This document shows positions 29,674-39,865 of a stretch of 64,000 bases of DNA, in pieces. A model generated the notes under the pieces. The model was given only the letters and a program-made list of their open reading frames with translations, made no database searches and had not been told where the DNA came from. The DNA lies in the NCBI GenBank assembly GCA_023301465.1, contig JALZUQ010000030.1:16903-80902 (forward strand). The letters run 5' to 3'. Numbering within the stretch: position 1 is the first letter of the stretch; every line of letters begins with the position of its first letter. This DNA comes from Oligoflexales bacterium. Lineage in GTDB: Bacteria > Bdellovibrionota_B > Oligoflexia > Oligoflexales > JALZUQ01. A program made the position numbers and the translations under genes.

Positions 29674-29689
29674 TGGCACTATTATTGCT
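29674..29689 (+). promoter_or_regulatory. sigma54-type -24/-12 motif with no obvious downstream gene
   Basis: TGGCAC-TATTA-TTGCT has exact consensus spacing. It points antisense into the 3' end of 29725..31203. Confidence 0.3.
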
Positions 29690-29724
29690 AACAATTAGAA
29701 TTTTTTTTCTATTTTATTTGGTTA

Positions 29725-31203
29725 TTAAAGAAACCAAAAACATCCAAAAAGAATCAATGTAGGAACCATCGCTCCCGCTAAAAGATAAATCGGACTTACC
29801 ATCTTGTTAGGGAAGTACTTCGACAAAATCGACTGCCCAGCAGGGTTTGGAGCGTTTGCAATCACTGTCAAACCACCACCTGTTACCGCACCGGCAACAA
29901 CCGCATACTTCGCTGTATCCGATAAGCCGGGAACCAAAGTACTCAGGTACGTAATAGCGGCATTGTCATTAAAAGAAGTTAAAACTGTCGAAACTGTGAA
30001 TAAAGCTAGACTCCCTAATCCTCCGAGCACTGGTTCAATCCACCACCCTTGAAGACCACCATGGGTTACTAAGCCAGCCAAAAAGAAACCAACTAGTATT
30101 GGGCTTTCAAGCTTTAATCTATTTTGATGTTGTTCGGTCGCATGCATAAAGCCTAAAAAGAACAAAAAGCCACCTATAAACAGCACAGGATAATGAGCAT
30201 TAAATACTGTCCACCCCATAAATAAAACATGGACCAAGGTCACCCACCAAGGCACTAAGTCCGTTAAGTCATCAGAGGTGACTTCATCACCGTGTTCTTT
30301 ATGTTCTTTAGATTCTTTGAGCTTCGTATTGATACGTTTAAACTCCGAGATAAACATCATGTAGTAAACACCCGTTGCAATCAAAATACCAACGAGGGCT
30401 TTCCAACCAAAGTGAATTGCCATAAAACCCGATGTCCATTCCCAAGGAGCTGCTACCATAAGAACTGGAGGAGCAGCAAAATTTGTAAATGTTCCACCAA
30501 CGGAAATATTGACAAATAGTAGACCAATCGTCGCATACTTAAACTTTACAGAGGGTTTATGAACATAAAACTGTTTTCCAAGTAATAATGCCGCAATCGT
30601 TATAGCTGCAGGCTCAGTGATAAAACTCCCAAGTAAAGGGGCTACAATCAAAATAGACAACCACCAAGCAGACGGCTTTTGACCACCCAGAGATGCTAGG
30701 ATACGCAAGCTATTTTCCGCTAGATTTAAAATAGGTCTCGTCGAAGCAATCGCCATGATCACCACAACAAATAATGCTTCAGTATAAACAACTTTATGAG
30801 AAAGATACTCGACGGCAGTATGCCAATCATAACGAACACAGATTGCCACAATAAGAGCAATCACCCAGATCCCAAAAATTGCCTCTACTTCTCCAAGAAA
30901 GTGGAATATACGTCCCCAAAAAGATACATCTTGGTTTTCTTTTCCAATGGAGCCATCTTCTATAAGTTTTTTGACGTGTTTTTCTTGAATGTCATGCCCA
31001 ATTTTTCTGAAGAAACCAGCAAAAAATGTATGAACAATGGCACAAACAAATATAATAGCTGTAACTAAGTTAAAAGGTTCAGCTTCGATTCTTCCTGCAA
31101 GAATTTCTAACAAACCACCTGAGTCTTGGTAAGAAGTGAGCGCCCTAGGGATGGCTTCGCCGATGCTTTCACCGGAAACTTGCAACAAAGATGCTATGTT
31201 CAT
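29725..31203 (-). CDS. polytopic ion-transporter-superfamily membrane protein (putative Na+/H+ antiporter-like)
   Basis: About 12 TM segments. General resemblance to the DUF1504/NhaD-ArsB type. Family assignment is tentative. Confidence 0.5.
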   Translation of the reverse strand: MNIASLLQVSGESIGEAIPRALTSYQDSGGLLEILAGRIEAEPFNLVTAIIFVCAIVHTFFAGFFRKIGHDIQEKHVKKLIEDGSIGKENQDVSFWGRIFHFLGEVEAIFGIWVIALIVAICVRYDWHTAVEYLSHKVVYTEALFVVVIMAIASTRPILNLAENSLRILASLGGQKPSAWWLSILIVAPLLGSFITEPAAITIAALLLGKQFYVHKPSVKFKYATIGLLFVNISVGGTFTNFAAPPVLMVAAPWEWTSGFMAIHFGWKALVGILIATGVYYMMFISEFKRINTKLKESKEHKEHGDEVTSDDLTDLVPWWVTLVHVLFMGWTVFNAHYPVLFIGGFLFFLGFMHATEQHQNRLKLESPILVGFFLAGLVTHGGLQGWWIEPVLGGLGSLALFTVSTVLTSFNDNAAITYLSTLVPGLSDTAKYAVVAGAVTGGGLTVIANAPNPAGQSILSKYFPNKMVSPIYLLAGAMVPTLILFGCFWFL

Positions 31204-31402
31204 TTATTCACCTTCTATATAGAGAATCGTTGTTTGCTCATTGGTATCACAAACTTACACCTCGGGTGAACTGCGAATGGAGAAATGTCTTAGAATTAAT
31301 CATACTTGGTTTATTGTAACTCACATCAATTCGATGCTTGATTCGCCAATCATACAAAATTATCCTATAAAGCTAAGCAACAGATGCAAATGAAAGTAGA
31401 CC

Positions 31403-33034
31403 ATGACTCAAAAACCCCTTCTCGTTACAACTGCCCTACCTTACGCCAACGGTGATCTTCATATTGGGCATATTGTAGAACATACTCAAGCAGATATCTG
31501 GGTTCGCTTTCAAAGAATGTCTGGAAGAGAGTGCTATTTTTTTTCAGCAGATGACACCCATGGAACGCCCATTATGCTCAAAGCAAAATCTCAAGGCGTC
31601 CAACCAGAAGAACTGATTGCAAAAGTTCTGGAAGACCACAAAAGAGACTCAAACGATTACGGCACTTGCTTTGACAACTATGGATCAACGCACTCAGAAA
31701 GCAACAAAGCTATCACTTACGATATTTTTAAATATCTACAGTCCAAAGACAGCTTTGAAAAAAAAGAAATAGAACAGTTTTACTGTGAGCATGATCAAAT
31801 GTTTTTACCAGACCGCTTTATTGGTGGAACATGCCCTGCCTGTAAAACGCCTGAACAATATGGCGATCAATGTGAAAAATGCTCAAAGACATACGAGCCT
31901 AAAGACCTTCTTGAGCCAAAGTGCAGCCTTTGCAAGAATACACCAATCCTTAAACCAACAGAACACCTATACTTTAAACTTTCAGACCACCAAGACTTTC
32001 TTCAAAAATGGGTCCCCGCTCATACTCAAAAGGCGGTGTCTCAAAAACTAGATGAATGGTTAAAAGAATCACTCCAAGACTGGTGTATTTCAAGAGATGA
32101 GCCCTACTTTGGCTTTGAAATCCCAGATCATCCTGGCAAGTATTTTTATGTTTGGTTAGACGCACCTATTGGCTATATGAGTTCTGCTCAAGACTGGTGT
32201 AAAAAAAACAACAAAGACTTTGATAAACTTTGGCAAGATAGTGAGATTCACCATTTCATTGGAAAAGACATCATCGCTTTTCACTGTCTTTTTTGGCCTG
32301 CGTTACTCAAACAAGCAGACAAAAACACTCCTGAAGAAGTCCATGTTCATGGTTTTCTTACTGTAAATGGTGCAAAAATGTCCAAATCAAAAGGCACCTT
32401 CATACTGATCAAAGACTACCTCAAGTTTATGGAACCGACTTATCTTAGGTATTACCTTGCTTGTAAATTATCTGCGACGGTGGATGATTTTGATTTTAGC
32501 CTTGAAGATTTTGTGAACCGAGTGAACTCTGATCTTATCGGTAAGATTACAAATATTGGATCACGTGGTTTTCAAATGCTACAAAAGAAACTCGACGGAA
32601 AACTTGCTCCATTAGATGGGGATTCCCTGAAACTTTTAGAAAGAGCTACATCACGCTCTCAAGAAATCTCTGCATATTACCAAAACTGCGAGTTTTCAAA
32701 GGCAATGGTTGCAATACGTGAAGTTGCTGAAGACGCCAATAAGTATTTTGATGAAACAGCACCTTGGAAACTCATTAAAACTGACCCTGAAGCCACAAGA
32801 CAATCTCTTAGTTTAACGATCCACTGGTTCAGGGTACTTGCAATATACTTAAAACCTGTGATTCCTGAATTTGCAAAAAAAGTTGAAGCATTACTCAGTG
32901 AAGAGTTTAGCTGGGATAGCGTTCAAACAACCCTAGACCCTACATTGGAAATACCAACTTTTTCACACTTAGCCACCAGAATAGACCAAGAAACATTAGA
33001 AAAAATTATTGAAGCAGGAAAGCCTGGTGAATGA
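31403..33034 (+). CDS. metG: methionine--tRNA ligase (no C-terminal Trbp111 domain)
   Basis: PYANGDLHIGH, a zinc knuckle (CPACK...CEKC) and KMSKS. Confidence 0.9.
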   Translation: MTQKPLLVTTALPYANGDLHIGHIVEHTQADIWVRFQRMSGRECYFFSADDTHGTPIMLKAKSQGVQPEELIAKVLEDHKRDSNDYGTCFDNYGSTHSESNKAITYDIFKYLQSKDSFEKKEIEQFYCEHDQMFLPDRFIGGTCPACKTPEQYGDQCEKCSKTYEPKDLLEPKCSLCKNTPILKPTEHLYFKLSDHQDFLQKWVPAHTQKAVSQKLDEWLKESLQDWCISRDEPYFGFEIPDHPGKYFYVWLDAPIGYMSSAQDWCKKNNKDFDKLWQDSEIHHFIGKDIIAFHCLFWPALLKQADKNTPEEVHVHGFLTVNGAKMSKSKGTFILIKDYLKFMEPTYLRYYLACKLSATVDDFDFSLEDFVNRVNSDLIGKITNIGSRGFQMLQKKLDGKLAPLDGDSLKLLERATSRSQEISAYYQNCEFSKAMVAIREVAEDANKYFDETAPWKLIKTDPEATRQSLSLTIHWFRVLAIYLKPVIPEFAKKVEALLSEEFSWDSVQTTLDPTLEIPTFSHLATRIDQETLEKIIEAGKPGE

Positions 33035-33779
33035 ATCAGACCATGAAAAATCATTAGCTACTAAACTTTTAAATGAGTTTCAAAAACTTAAAAAAAACTG
33101 GAACACGAAAGACCAAAATCATTTGCTCTCAGGGTTTATAAGACTTTGCGAATTTTCAGACATTGCTGAGTTAAAAAGTTGGAAAACTAGAATCCATAAA
33201 GACCTAAGTGCCGAGCAATTGAAACCTTTCGAAATTGCCCTTCAAAGAATACACGCAGATAGTATTAAGGGCCGTGACGGCTACCAACACGACGCCCATG
33301 ACGACTCTTCATGCCAGCCATGCCCTCTTATAGTGGTGGCACACAACATACGTTCTGCCCATAACCTTGGCAGTATGATTCGAAGCTGCGAACACACTGG
33401 CGTAAAAAGGTTTATTCTTTCTGGCTACACGGCAGATATCGACCTTGATAAAATAAAAAAAACCTCTATGGGAACAGAGGATTACATAGATATCGAATGC
33501 AAAAGCGATCTTATGGAATCCTTAGAGAACTTTCAAGAGGATGGCTATGAAATAACCTCCATTGAAACCGTAAAAACAGCCCCCTCTCTTTATGACTACG
33601 CTTTTCAAGCAAAGACTCTCATGTTATTTGGTAACGAACGCATGGGGCTTGATCAAGCGGTTCTTGATATAAGCAAAACATTGCGAATCCCAAGCTACGG
33701 ACAAAAAAACTCACTCAATGTAGCCGTTGCCTGTGGAATTGGACTTAATTTTTATAGAAAGTGCTTTGATGCAACCTAA
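33009..33779 (+). CDS. TrmH/SpoU family RNA 2'-O-methyltransferase
   Basis: NLGSMIRSCE, LMLFGNERMGL and SLNVAVACGI motifs. Start uncertain (TTG 33009 or GTG 33027). Confidence 0.7.
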   Translation: MKQESLVNESDHEKSLATKLLNEFQKLKKNWNTKDQNHLLSGFIRLCEFSDIAELKSWKTRIHKDLSAEQLKPFEIALQRIHADSIKGRDGYQHDAHDDSSCQPCPLIVVAHNIRSAHNLGSMIRSCEHTGVKRFILSGYTADIDLDKIKKTSMGTEDYIDIECKSDLMESLENFQEDGYEITSIETVKTAPSLYDYAFQAKTLMLFGNERMGLDQAVLDISKTLRIPSYGQKNSLNVAVACGIGLNFYRKCFDAT

Positions 33780-34830
33780 GAAAGACGTTTTAATTTCAAA
33801 ATTTTCAACTATTGGACTTGGTGGAAAAGCAGATTATTTTTTTGATGTAGAATCCAAGGTTGAACTGCAAAAAGCAATTGATTGGTGCACAGAACAAAGT
33901 ATTGAATTTCGAATCGTTGGTGGGTTTAGCAACTTGTTGTTTTCTGATCATGGCTACCGAGGTGCATTGATTAGGTTAATAAACCAAGATTTAGAAATCA
34001 CCTCAAAAAACGATACTCACTGGCAAGTCAGGGTTGACGCCGGTTACGAATGGGATGAATTTGTGTCCTGGGCAATTTCTCAAGACCTAGCTGGAACTGA
34101 GTGCTTGTCAGGAATTCCCGGAAAAGTCGGGGCATCCCCTATCCAAAATATTGGAGCATATGGTCAAGACGTCTCTAAAACTATCACTGAAGTAGAGGTG
34201 TACGACCTAGAGTCTAAAAATTTTAAAAAACTTAGCAACTCTGATTGTAGTTTCAGCTACAGAAACTCTCGCTTTAAAAAAAGCATAAACCTCACAGAAA
34301 TCATTTGGAGTGTTAGCTTTGAGTTAGAACTTTTTGGTGAACCTCTCATGAAATATACAGATTTACTAAAGCGAGCAAAGTCCAATCACCGTTACAAACA
34401 ACAAGCCGCTGGAAAAGAACAACTGACAGCTGTTAGAAATACCGTACTTGAAATACGCAAATCAAAATCTATGATTTACAACCCAAAAGATAAAAACAGT
34501 AGATCGCTTGGATCATTCTTTTTAAACCCGGTTGTTTCAAAGGAATCTTTTGACTATATGTGTGAGCAATTAAGTGCAAAAAAAGAGGACATTCCCTATT
34601 TTTCTGTAGATAACGGAATCAAAATTTCTGCTGCATGGCTCATTGAACAAGCTGGTTTTAAAAGAGGACATCAATACCGTGGGGTTGGGTTATCCGAGAA
34701 GCATAGTTTGGCAATCATTAATAGAGGCGGAAGCACAAAAGAAGTTCTTGAACTTGCTGAGGCCATTCAACAAACAATTCATGAAAAATATAAAATAAAA
34801 CTAAAGCCTGAACCTCAACATATTCCTTAG
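33769..34830 (+). CDS. murB: UDP-N-acetylenolpyruvoylglucosamine reductase
   Basis: GLGGKADYF, GGFSNLL, GIPGKVGASPIQNIGAYG, YRNSRFK and GSFFLNP. Start refined to the ATG at 33769. Confidence 0.85.
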   Translation: MQPKKDVLISKFSTIGLGGKADYFFDVESKVELQKAIDWCTEQSIEFRIVGGFSNLLFSDHGYRGALIRLINQDLEITSKNDTHWQVRVDAGYEWDEFVSWAISQDLAGTECLSGIPGKVGASPIQNIGAYGQDVSKTITEVEVYDLESKNFKKLSNSDCSFSYRNSRFKKSINLTEIIWSVSFELELFGEPLMKYTDLLKRAKSNHRYKQQAAGKEQLTAVRNTVLEIRKSKSMIYNPKDKNSRSLGSFFLNPVVSKESFDYMCEQLSAKKEDIPYFSVDNGIKISAAWLIEQAGFKRGHQYRGVGLSEKHSLAIINRGGSTKEVLELAEAIQQTIHEKYKIKLKPEPQHIP

Positions 34831-34832
34831 AC

Positions 34833-35492
34833 TTACAGTGATTTTTGCCACTTCCCAGACCAATCAGTAATTGGTTTTCGCGTAACATGCACATGACCTA
34901 AAAGCAATTCTCTCATTGATTGAAGACTAGGAGAAACACCATTACTAGAGCTTGAATCTGGTTTGAAGTGATCTTCTATGCCACCGATGTTAGCACTTTT
35001 CTCAACTATCATGCCTGCGGTCTCACCGCGAAAAACTTTCACAACATCGCCATCTCTATAAGCAAGTAACGAAACCCAAACTGCTTTCCGCCCAATATAC
35101 TTTGAAAGTTCTGATGCCATCCATCTAATATTTGTTCCAATATCAACACCATCTACATACAAAGCAGAATCTTCTACAATGACACGCTTTCCATCTTCAT
35201 GAAAACGCGAAGCTTTATGAACGACAACACTAATATCATCAGCATCTATCTCTTCTAGATCTTCCCCTTCCCAACTAATGTTATGGCGATGAATCAAGGA
35301 ATCTAATATTTGACGTTTACGTGAATTAGAGGTGTTAAATAACCACTTTAGGCTCGGGTCAAGAGCCGGTTGATTAGAATCGAAATTGACAAAACATTGT
35401 GAACCATTAACAGGGTTGTTTTGATTGGAGTTTCCATGAGCGAACGTTGTTACAATAAAGGTAAATATTAAAACGTATGGTTGGAAGTACAC
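34833..35492 (-). CDS. exported Ham1/ITPase-like (non-canonical NTP pyrophosphatase fold) protein
   Basis: Signal-like N-terminus. FNTSNSRKRQ and VIVEDSALYVDG...IRWM align with the T-x-N-x-x-K and EDT-x-L...IKWF motifs of ITPases. Confidence 0.4.
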   Translation of the reverse strand: MYFQPYVLIFTFIVTTFAHGNSNQNNPVNGSQCFVNFDSNQPALDPSLKWLFNTSNSRKRQILDSLIHRHNISWEGEDLEEIDADDISVVVHKASRFHEDGKRVIVEDSALYVDGVDIGTNIRWMASELSKYIGRKAVWVSLLAYRDGDVVKVFRGETAGMIVEKSANIGGIEDHFKPDSSSSNGVSPSLQSMRELLLGHVHVTRKPITDWSGKWQKSL

Positions 35493-35686
35493 AAAAGCCC
35501 TTTCGCAAAGATCTCATGCTTAAAACTTCTACATCAAAACAACGGTAATTGAAAGCTCTTTTTAAAAGAAAATTTGTAGTATTTTCATATAACCTACTGA
35601 TAATACATTAATCAATAGCCGGACCTTCCTACTAGGGGAATACCTGACAACAAAGAGCCAGGGTTTATAACAATACTGGAATATAA

Positions 35687-36115
35687 CTATTCTGTGTAAT
35701 CAGGTATCTGGTACCGACTCACACTGCCTAAATCTGAATGATAATGAGATTTAAAACCATTATCTAAACACTTATTACTTTGAAAATTTAAAAAAGCTCT
35801 AGTAAAAATAATAAGGTCCTTATCATCTATAATTTGATCACGATTGAAATCAGACCATTCAGATTTTCTTCTTGAAATAACATCTTCTTCATCAAAATCA
35901 ACAGCTAGTGCATTAAGAAAATGTGTTATTTCAGTCCCTTCGTACATATAATTACCATTAAGATCACCAACAAGAGCCGAAAGGTTGCACTTTGTTTTAA
36001 GCGTATATAAATTATATTGCTGTGTCGCTGAAGCAGCTAAAATACTAATAATAGAAACAACAATCATTAGCTCTATTAGAGACAAACCTGATTCTTTTTG
36101 TTGTAATATACTCAT
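35687..36115 (-). CDS. type IV pilin/pseudopilin-like protein with two EF-hand/dockerin-like loops
   Basis: Prepilin motif ESG-LSLIELMIVVSIISILAA with Glu at +5. DLNGNYMYEGTE and DFNRDQIIDDKD loops. Confidence 0.65.
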   Translation of the reverse strand: MSILQQKESGLSLIELMIVVSIISILAASATQQYNLYTLKTKCNLSALVGDLNGNYMYEGTEITHFLNALAVDFDEEDVISRRKSEWSDFNRDQIIDDKDLIIFTRAFLNFQSNKCLDNGFKSHYHSDLGSVSRYQIPDYTE

Positions 36116-36414
36116 ACTTTGAATTATCGGAACTTTATCTCCAACTCTTTAGATAAGCTAAAGGTATATCTTATTTATCTGTAACACACTAAAAAACATG
36201 GCATTTTTTTCCATAATTTCTGTTTTTAAAACGAGATTATGAGGCAAAATAAGGGTTATCTAAGAAAACTAAATGTAAGTTTTCATCCGTTTTCTTCCTT
36301 TTCGTCTCACATCTTATCTTCAAATTTTTTGATCAATTTAAAACTTATTATTTTAATTTTCAGAATATTTAGAAAAAGTTATGTTCTGACGTGAGGGTGG
36401 ATAAGGAGTTTTAT

Positions 36415-37413
36415 ATGCAAACCATACAAATGAACCAAAAAAATGACCATTTTAATCGTTTTATAGAAACACCAAAAATATCACTGATTCAAAAACCAAC
36501 TCCAGTTCATAAATTGGAATATCTTGGTAAAAAATTAGGGGTTTCAGAATTATGGATCAAAAGAGAAGACCTAACCTCGACAGGTTACGGCGGAAATAAA
36601 GTTCGAAACCTTGAATACATTTTAGGAGAAGCAAAAAACAAGAATATTCGCAAGCTCATCACTGCTGCACCAAAAGGATCAAATTTTATCGCAGCACTTG
36701 CCTATCATGGTTCCAAAAATGGTTTTAATGTCCAAGTCGAACAATTTTGCCCAACAGAAACAGAACAAATTTTATCTCATAATCGTTTTTCAATTGATTC
36801 CGGAGCTTCTATTACAAAGCACTCGTATATGCACCCATACATAGATGCATCCGTAGGGTATATGAAAAGTATTTTAGCCTCTAACCTTGAAAAAGATACA
36901 TACAGAGTCCCTACAGGTGGGTCTTGTACCTTGGGGGTCCTTGGTCATGTAGGAGCTTTTCTTGAAATGGCCGAACAGATGAAAGGTCGAATGCCTGAGC
37001 AAATTATTGTTGGTGTTGGAACTTGTGGAACCATTGCAGGTCTTCATTGTGGTGCAAAATTATTGGGACTCAAAACAAAAATTATTGGTATTCGATGCGT
37101 TGATCCAATCATGGCAAACAAGTTGAATATATATAGACTGATTCAAAAAACACTTTCCATGCTTCAAACAAAAACGAAGGCATCATTTGAAGAGATTAAA
37201 CTTATGGACCCTGATCAGCATAAAGTTCAGTATGTCCGCAAAAACCAACAAGCTTTGGAAATGAGTGAATTCATGAAATATTACGAAAACGTATTACTTG
37301 ATACTACTTATACATCTAAGGTTATTTTAGGCCTCAAAAGCATGATAGAGAACGGTAAAATCAAAAATAAAAGAACAATGTACTGGCATACTTTCAATTC
37401 AAATGCTATTTAA
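36415..37413 (+). CDS. PLP-dependent D-cysteine desulfhydrase/ACC deaminase family protein
   Basis: GGNKVRNLEY (PLP lysine motif). AAGGAG SD before the ATG at 36415. Confidence 0.7.
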   Translation: MQTIQMNQKNDHFNRFIETPKISLIQKPTPVHKLEYLGKKLGVSELWIKREDLTSTGYGGNKVRNLEYILGEAKNKNIRKLITAAPKGSNFIAALAYHGSKNGFNVQVEQFCPTETEQILSHNRFSIDSGASITKHSYMHPYIDASVGYMKSILASNLEKDTYRVPTGGSCTLGVLGHVGAFLEMAEQMKGRMPEQIIVGVGTCGTIAGLHCGAKLLGLKTKIIGIRCVDPIMANKLNIYRLIQKTLSMLQTKTKASFEEIKLMDPDQHKVQYVRKNQQALEMSEFMKYYENVLLDTTYTSKVILGLKSMIENGKIKNKRTMYWHTFNSNAI

Positions 37414-37440
37414 TGAAGCAATACTTCGAGAGGAAAATTT

Positions 37441-39570
37441 ATGAGTAACGGGACAATATTTTTTATATTCATAACTATGCTTTTTTCGAATATCGGTTTT
37501 TCGCAAAAGTGCGAGTTTGACCCAAGAGAAAACTCTGGTGTCACATTAAGACAGATAGTCAGAAATTTAAGTCGCCCAGTCCAGATGGTATTTAAACCAA
37601 ACTCAACTGAGCATTTTATTGTTCAACAACGTGGTTTGATTATTACGAGAAAAGATTTAAAGAGCCCTTTCAAACCATGGTTGGATTACAGATCAAAAGT
37701 GAGCCAAAGTGCGAACGAAACCGGACTTTTAGGTTTTGCACTTCACCCTCAATTTCCAAAAACACCAAAGTTTTACCTAAACTACACAATTCAAACCAGT
37801 AGATTCCCAGAAACACACCGTACAAAAATCGTTGAAATGCGAATCATGCAAAACGGCATGCCAGATCTAAATTCAGAAAAATCCATCATGGAGTTTGATC
37901 AACCCTATACCAATCACAATGGCGGAGATATGAAGTTTGGCCCTGATGGCCTGCTTTATATTTCTGTTGGCGATGGCGGAAGCGGCAAAGACCCTGAAAA
38001 CCATAGTCAGAACCTAGCATCACCACTTGGCAAAATGCTAAGAGTCAATGTCGATAAACCATTTACGACAAGTGTCTTTGCGACAAATGCAAAAGGCAAC
38101 CCAAGCTTCCCAAAAACAAGTAGTTTTAGTAGCAGCCTTGCTATTCCACAAATATACGCCTACGGGCTTAGAAACCCTTGGAGGTTTAGCTTTGATTCAC
38201 TCACAAAACAGCTATGGACTGCCGATGTTGGACAAAACTTACAAGAAGAAGTGAACATCCTCCAATACAAAGGAAACTATGGCTGGAGAATCATGGAGGG
38301 CAAGAGCTGTCATATGCCTTCTGTAAATTGCAATCAACAAGGTCTTATCTTGCCTGTGTTCCAATACAAACACTCTGAAGGTAGATCTGCCACAGGTGGT
38401 TTTGTTTATAGGGGTAGCAAGATTCCCGGTCTATACGGTCACTACATTTTTGGAGATTATGTTAGCGGTAAAATTTGGGCTCTCAATTATGTAGGTGGAC
38501 AAGTAAAAAGTCATAAAGAAATATACAGTGCTGCAAATTTACAAGTTGTCTCTTTTGCTCAAGACTCAAAAGGTGAACTTTATGTCATAGGATTTAATGG
38601 AAATATCTATAGCATAGAACCAGCAAAAACAATCACTAACATCAAACCAATGCCAACTAAACTCAGTAGCACAGGCTGTTTCGCAAACATGGATCCCGAA
38701 AAACCTGTTTCGAACGCTATAAAAATAAATGTTAATGCTCCACTTTGGAGTGACGGTGCCATAAAAGACCGATACGTCCTTCTACAAGGAAACCAAAAAG
38801 CGTCTATTGGGCAAGATGGCACATGGAATTACCCTTTAGGCACCACTCTCATAAAAAACTTTTTTTTCAATGTCTTTCAAAAAGACGGAACATCGAAAAA
38901 GCAAATTGTAGAAACGAGATTTTTCATAAAAAAAACGAGTGGTTTTAAAGGCTACTCTTACCAATGGAATGATGATCAAACAGAAGCAATACTTCTTACT
39001 ACGAGAGCCACAAAAAATCTAAAAGTGGAACTTGCAGGAAAAACCATTAACCTAACCTACCAATACCCTTCATCAGCTGACTGCATTACATGTCATAGCA
39101 CCCAAACAGAAGGACCGTTGGCCCTCACAACCCTACAAACATTTAATGTGAATTCTACAGGTAAACAACAATGGACTGATTTTTTCAATAGAGGCCTATT
39201 AGATAAAGTACCTAATGGAAACTTCAATTCCTTGGATGGATATAATAAAAGCCAAAAAGCCCATGCGAGTAACTACTTACACGTCCATTGCGGTAGCTGT
39301 CATAATGGATCTGGTGGTGCAGGACGTGGGAATTTTAATTTTAGTTTGCCTAACCAAACTCCCGAAAAAGAACTTTGCGACCTGAAAGTAAATGTGAATG
39401 GCCAAGACCGTTCTTTGATTGACCCCAGCGACCCACAAAATTCCTGGCTTTATGTCAGAGCTGAGTCTAGTGACCCTCTGTTACGTATGCCGCCTATATC
39501 GACTTCGTTGAATTCATCTTTTCATTTGAATGCACTTGCAGATTGGATTGGTTCGGTTCAGTGCCCATAA
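37441..39570 (+). CDS. PQQ-dependent sugar dehydrogenase-like beta-propeller fused to a C-terminal region with two CxxCH haem motifs
   Basis: GLLGFALHPQF and HNGGDMKFGPDGLLYISVGDGGS. CITCH and CGSCH. Confidence 0.7.
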   Translation: MSNGTIFFIFITMLFSNIGFSQKCEFDPRENSGVTLRQIVRNLSRPVQMVFKPNSTEHFIVQQRGLIITRKDLKSPFKPWLDYRSKVSQSANETGLLGFALHPQFPKTPKFYLNYTIQTSRFPETHRTKIVEMRIMQNGMPDLNSEKSIMEFDQPYTNHNGGDMKFGPDGLLYISVGDGGSGKDPENHSQNLASPLGKMLRVNVDKPFTTSVFATNAKGNPSFPKTSSFSSSLAIPQIYAYGLRNPWRFSFDSLTKQLWTADVGQNLQEEVNILQYKGNYGWRIMEGKSCHMPSVNCNQQGLILPVFQYKHSEGRSATGGFVYRGSKIPGLYGHYIFGDYVSGKIWALNYVGGQVKSHKEIYSAANLQVVSFAQDSKGELYVIGFNGNIYSIEPAKTITNIKPMPTKLSSTGCFANMDPEKPVSNAIKINVNAPLWSDGAIKDRYVLLQGNQKASIGQDGTWNYPLGTTLIKNFFFNVFQKDGTSKKQIVETRFFIKKTSGFKGYSYQWNDDQTEAILLTTRATKNLKVELAGKTINLTYQYPSSADCITCHSTQTEGPLALTTLQTFNVNSTGKQQWTDFFNRGLLDKVPNGNFNSLDGYNKSQKAHASNYLHVHCGSCHNGSGGAGRGNFNFSLPNQTPEKELCDLKVNVNGQDRSLIDPSDPQNSWLYVRAESSDPLLRMPPISTSLNSSFHLNALADWIGSVQCP

Positions 39571-39665
39571 AAAACTTAGATTTTTGAGGGTAAGTAGCAA
39601 ACATTAAAAAACGATTGCCTTAAACCACATTTAATATGGCATCTACATTTGGAGCTTAAAATAAA

Positions 39666-39827
39666 TTATTTTCGTGGGTTCAACCAACCAGCAGCATCCA
39701 TGACAAAGCCTAGCTTATATGCCGCGAACACAAAAGGACCTACTAAACCAATAAAGAAACAAATCGGAAGAAACTCGATAAGATCAGATAGTTTTTCTAC
39801 TTTAAGGTCTTCTTTTGAAAAAATCAT
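39666..39827 (-). CDS. small membrane protein, 53 aa (MIFSKEDLKVEKLSDLIEFLPICFFIGLVGPFVFAAYKLGF...)
   Basis: GGAG 4 nt upstream of the ATG. One clear TM helix. Competes with a less plausible 80-aa plus-strand ORF. Confidence 0.35.
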   Translation of the reverse strand: MIFSKEDLKVEKLSDLIEFLPICFFIGLVGPFVFAAYKLGFVMDAAGWLNPRK

Positions 39828-39865
39828 TGTGCTCCGCCTTCAAAAAATGGATACACTAAACTCCC

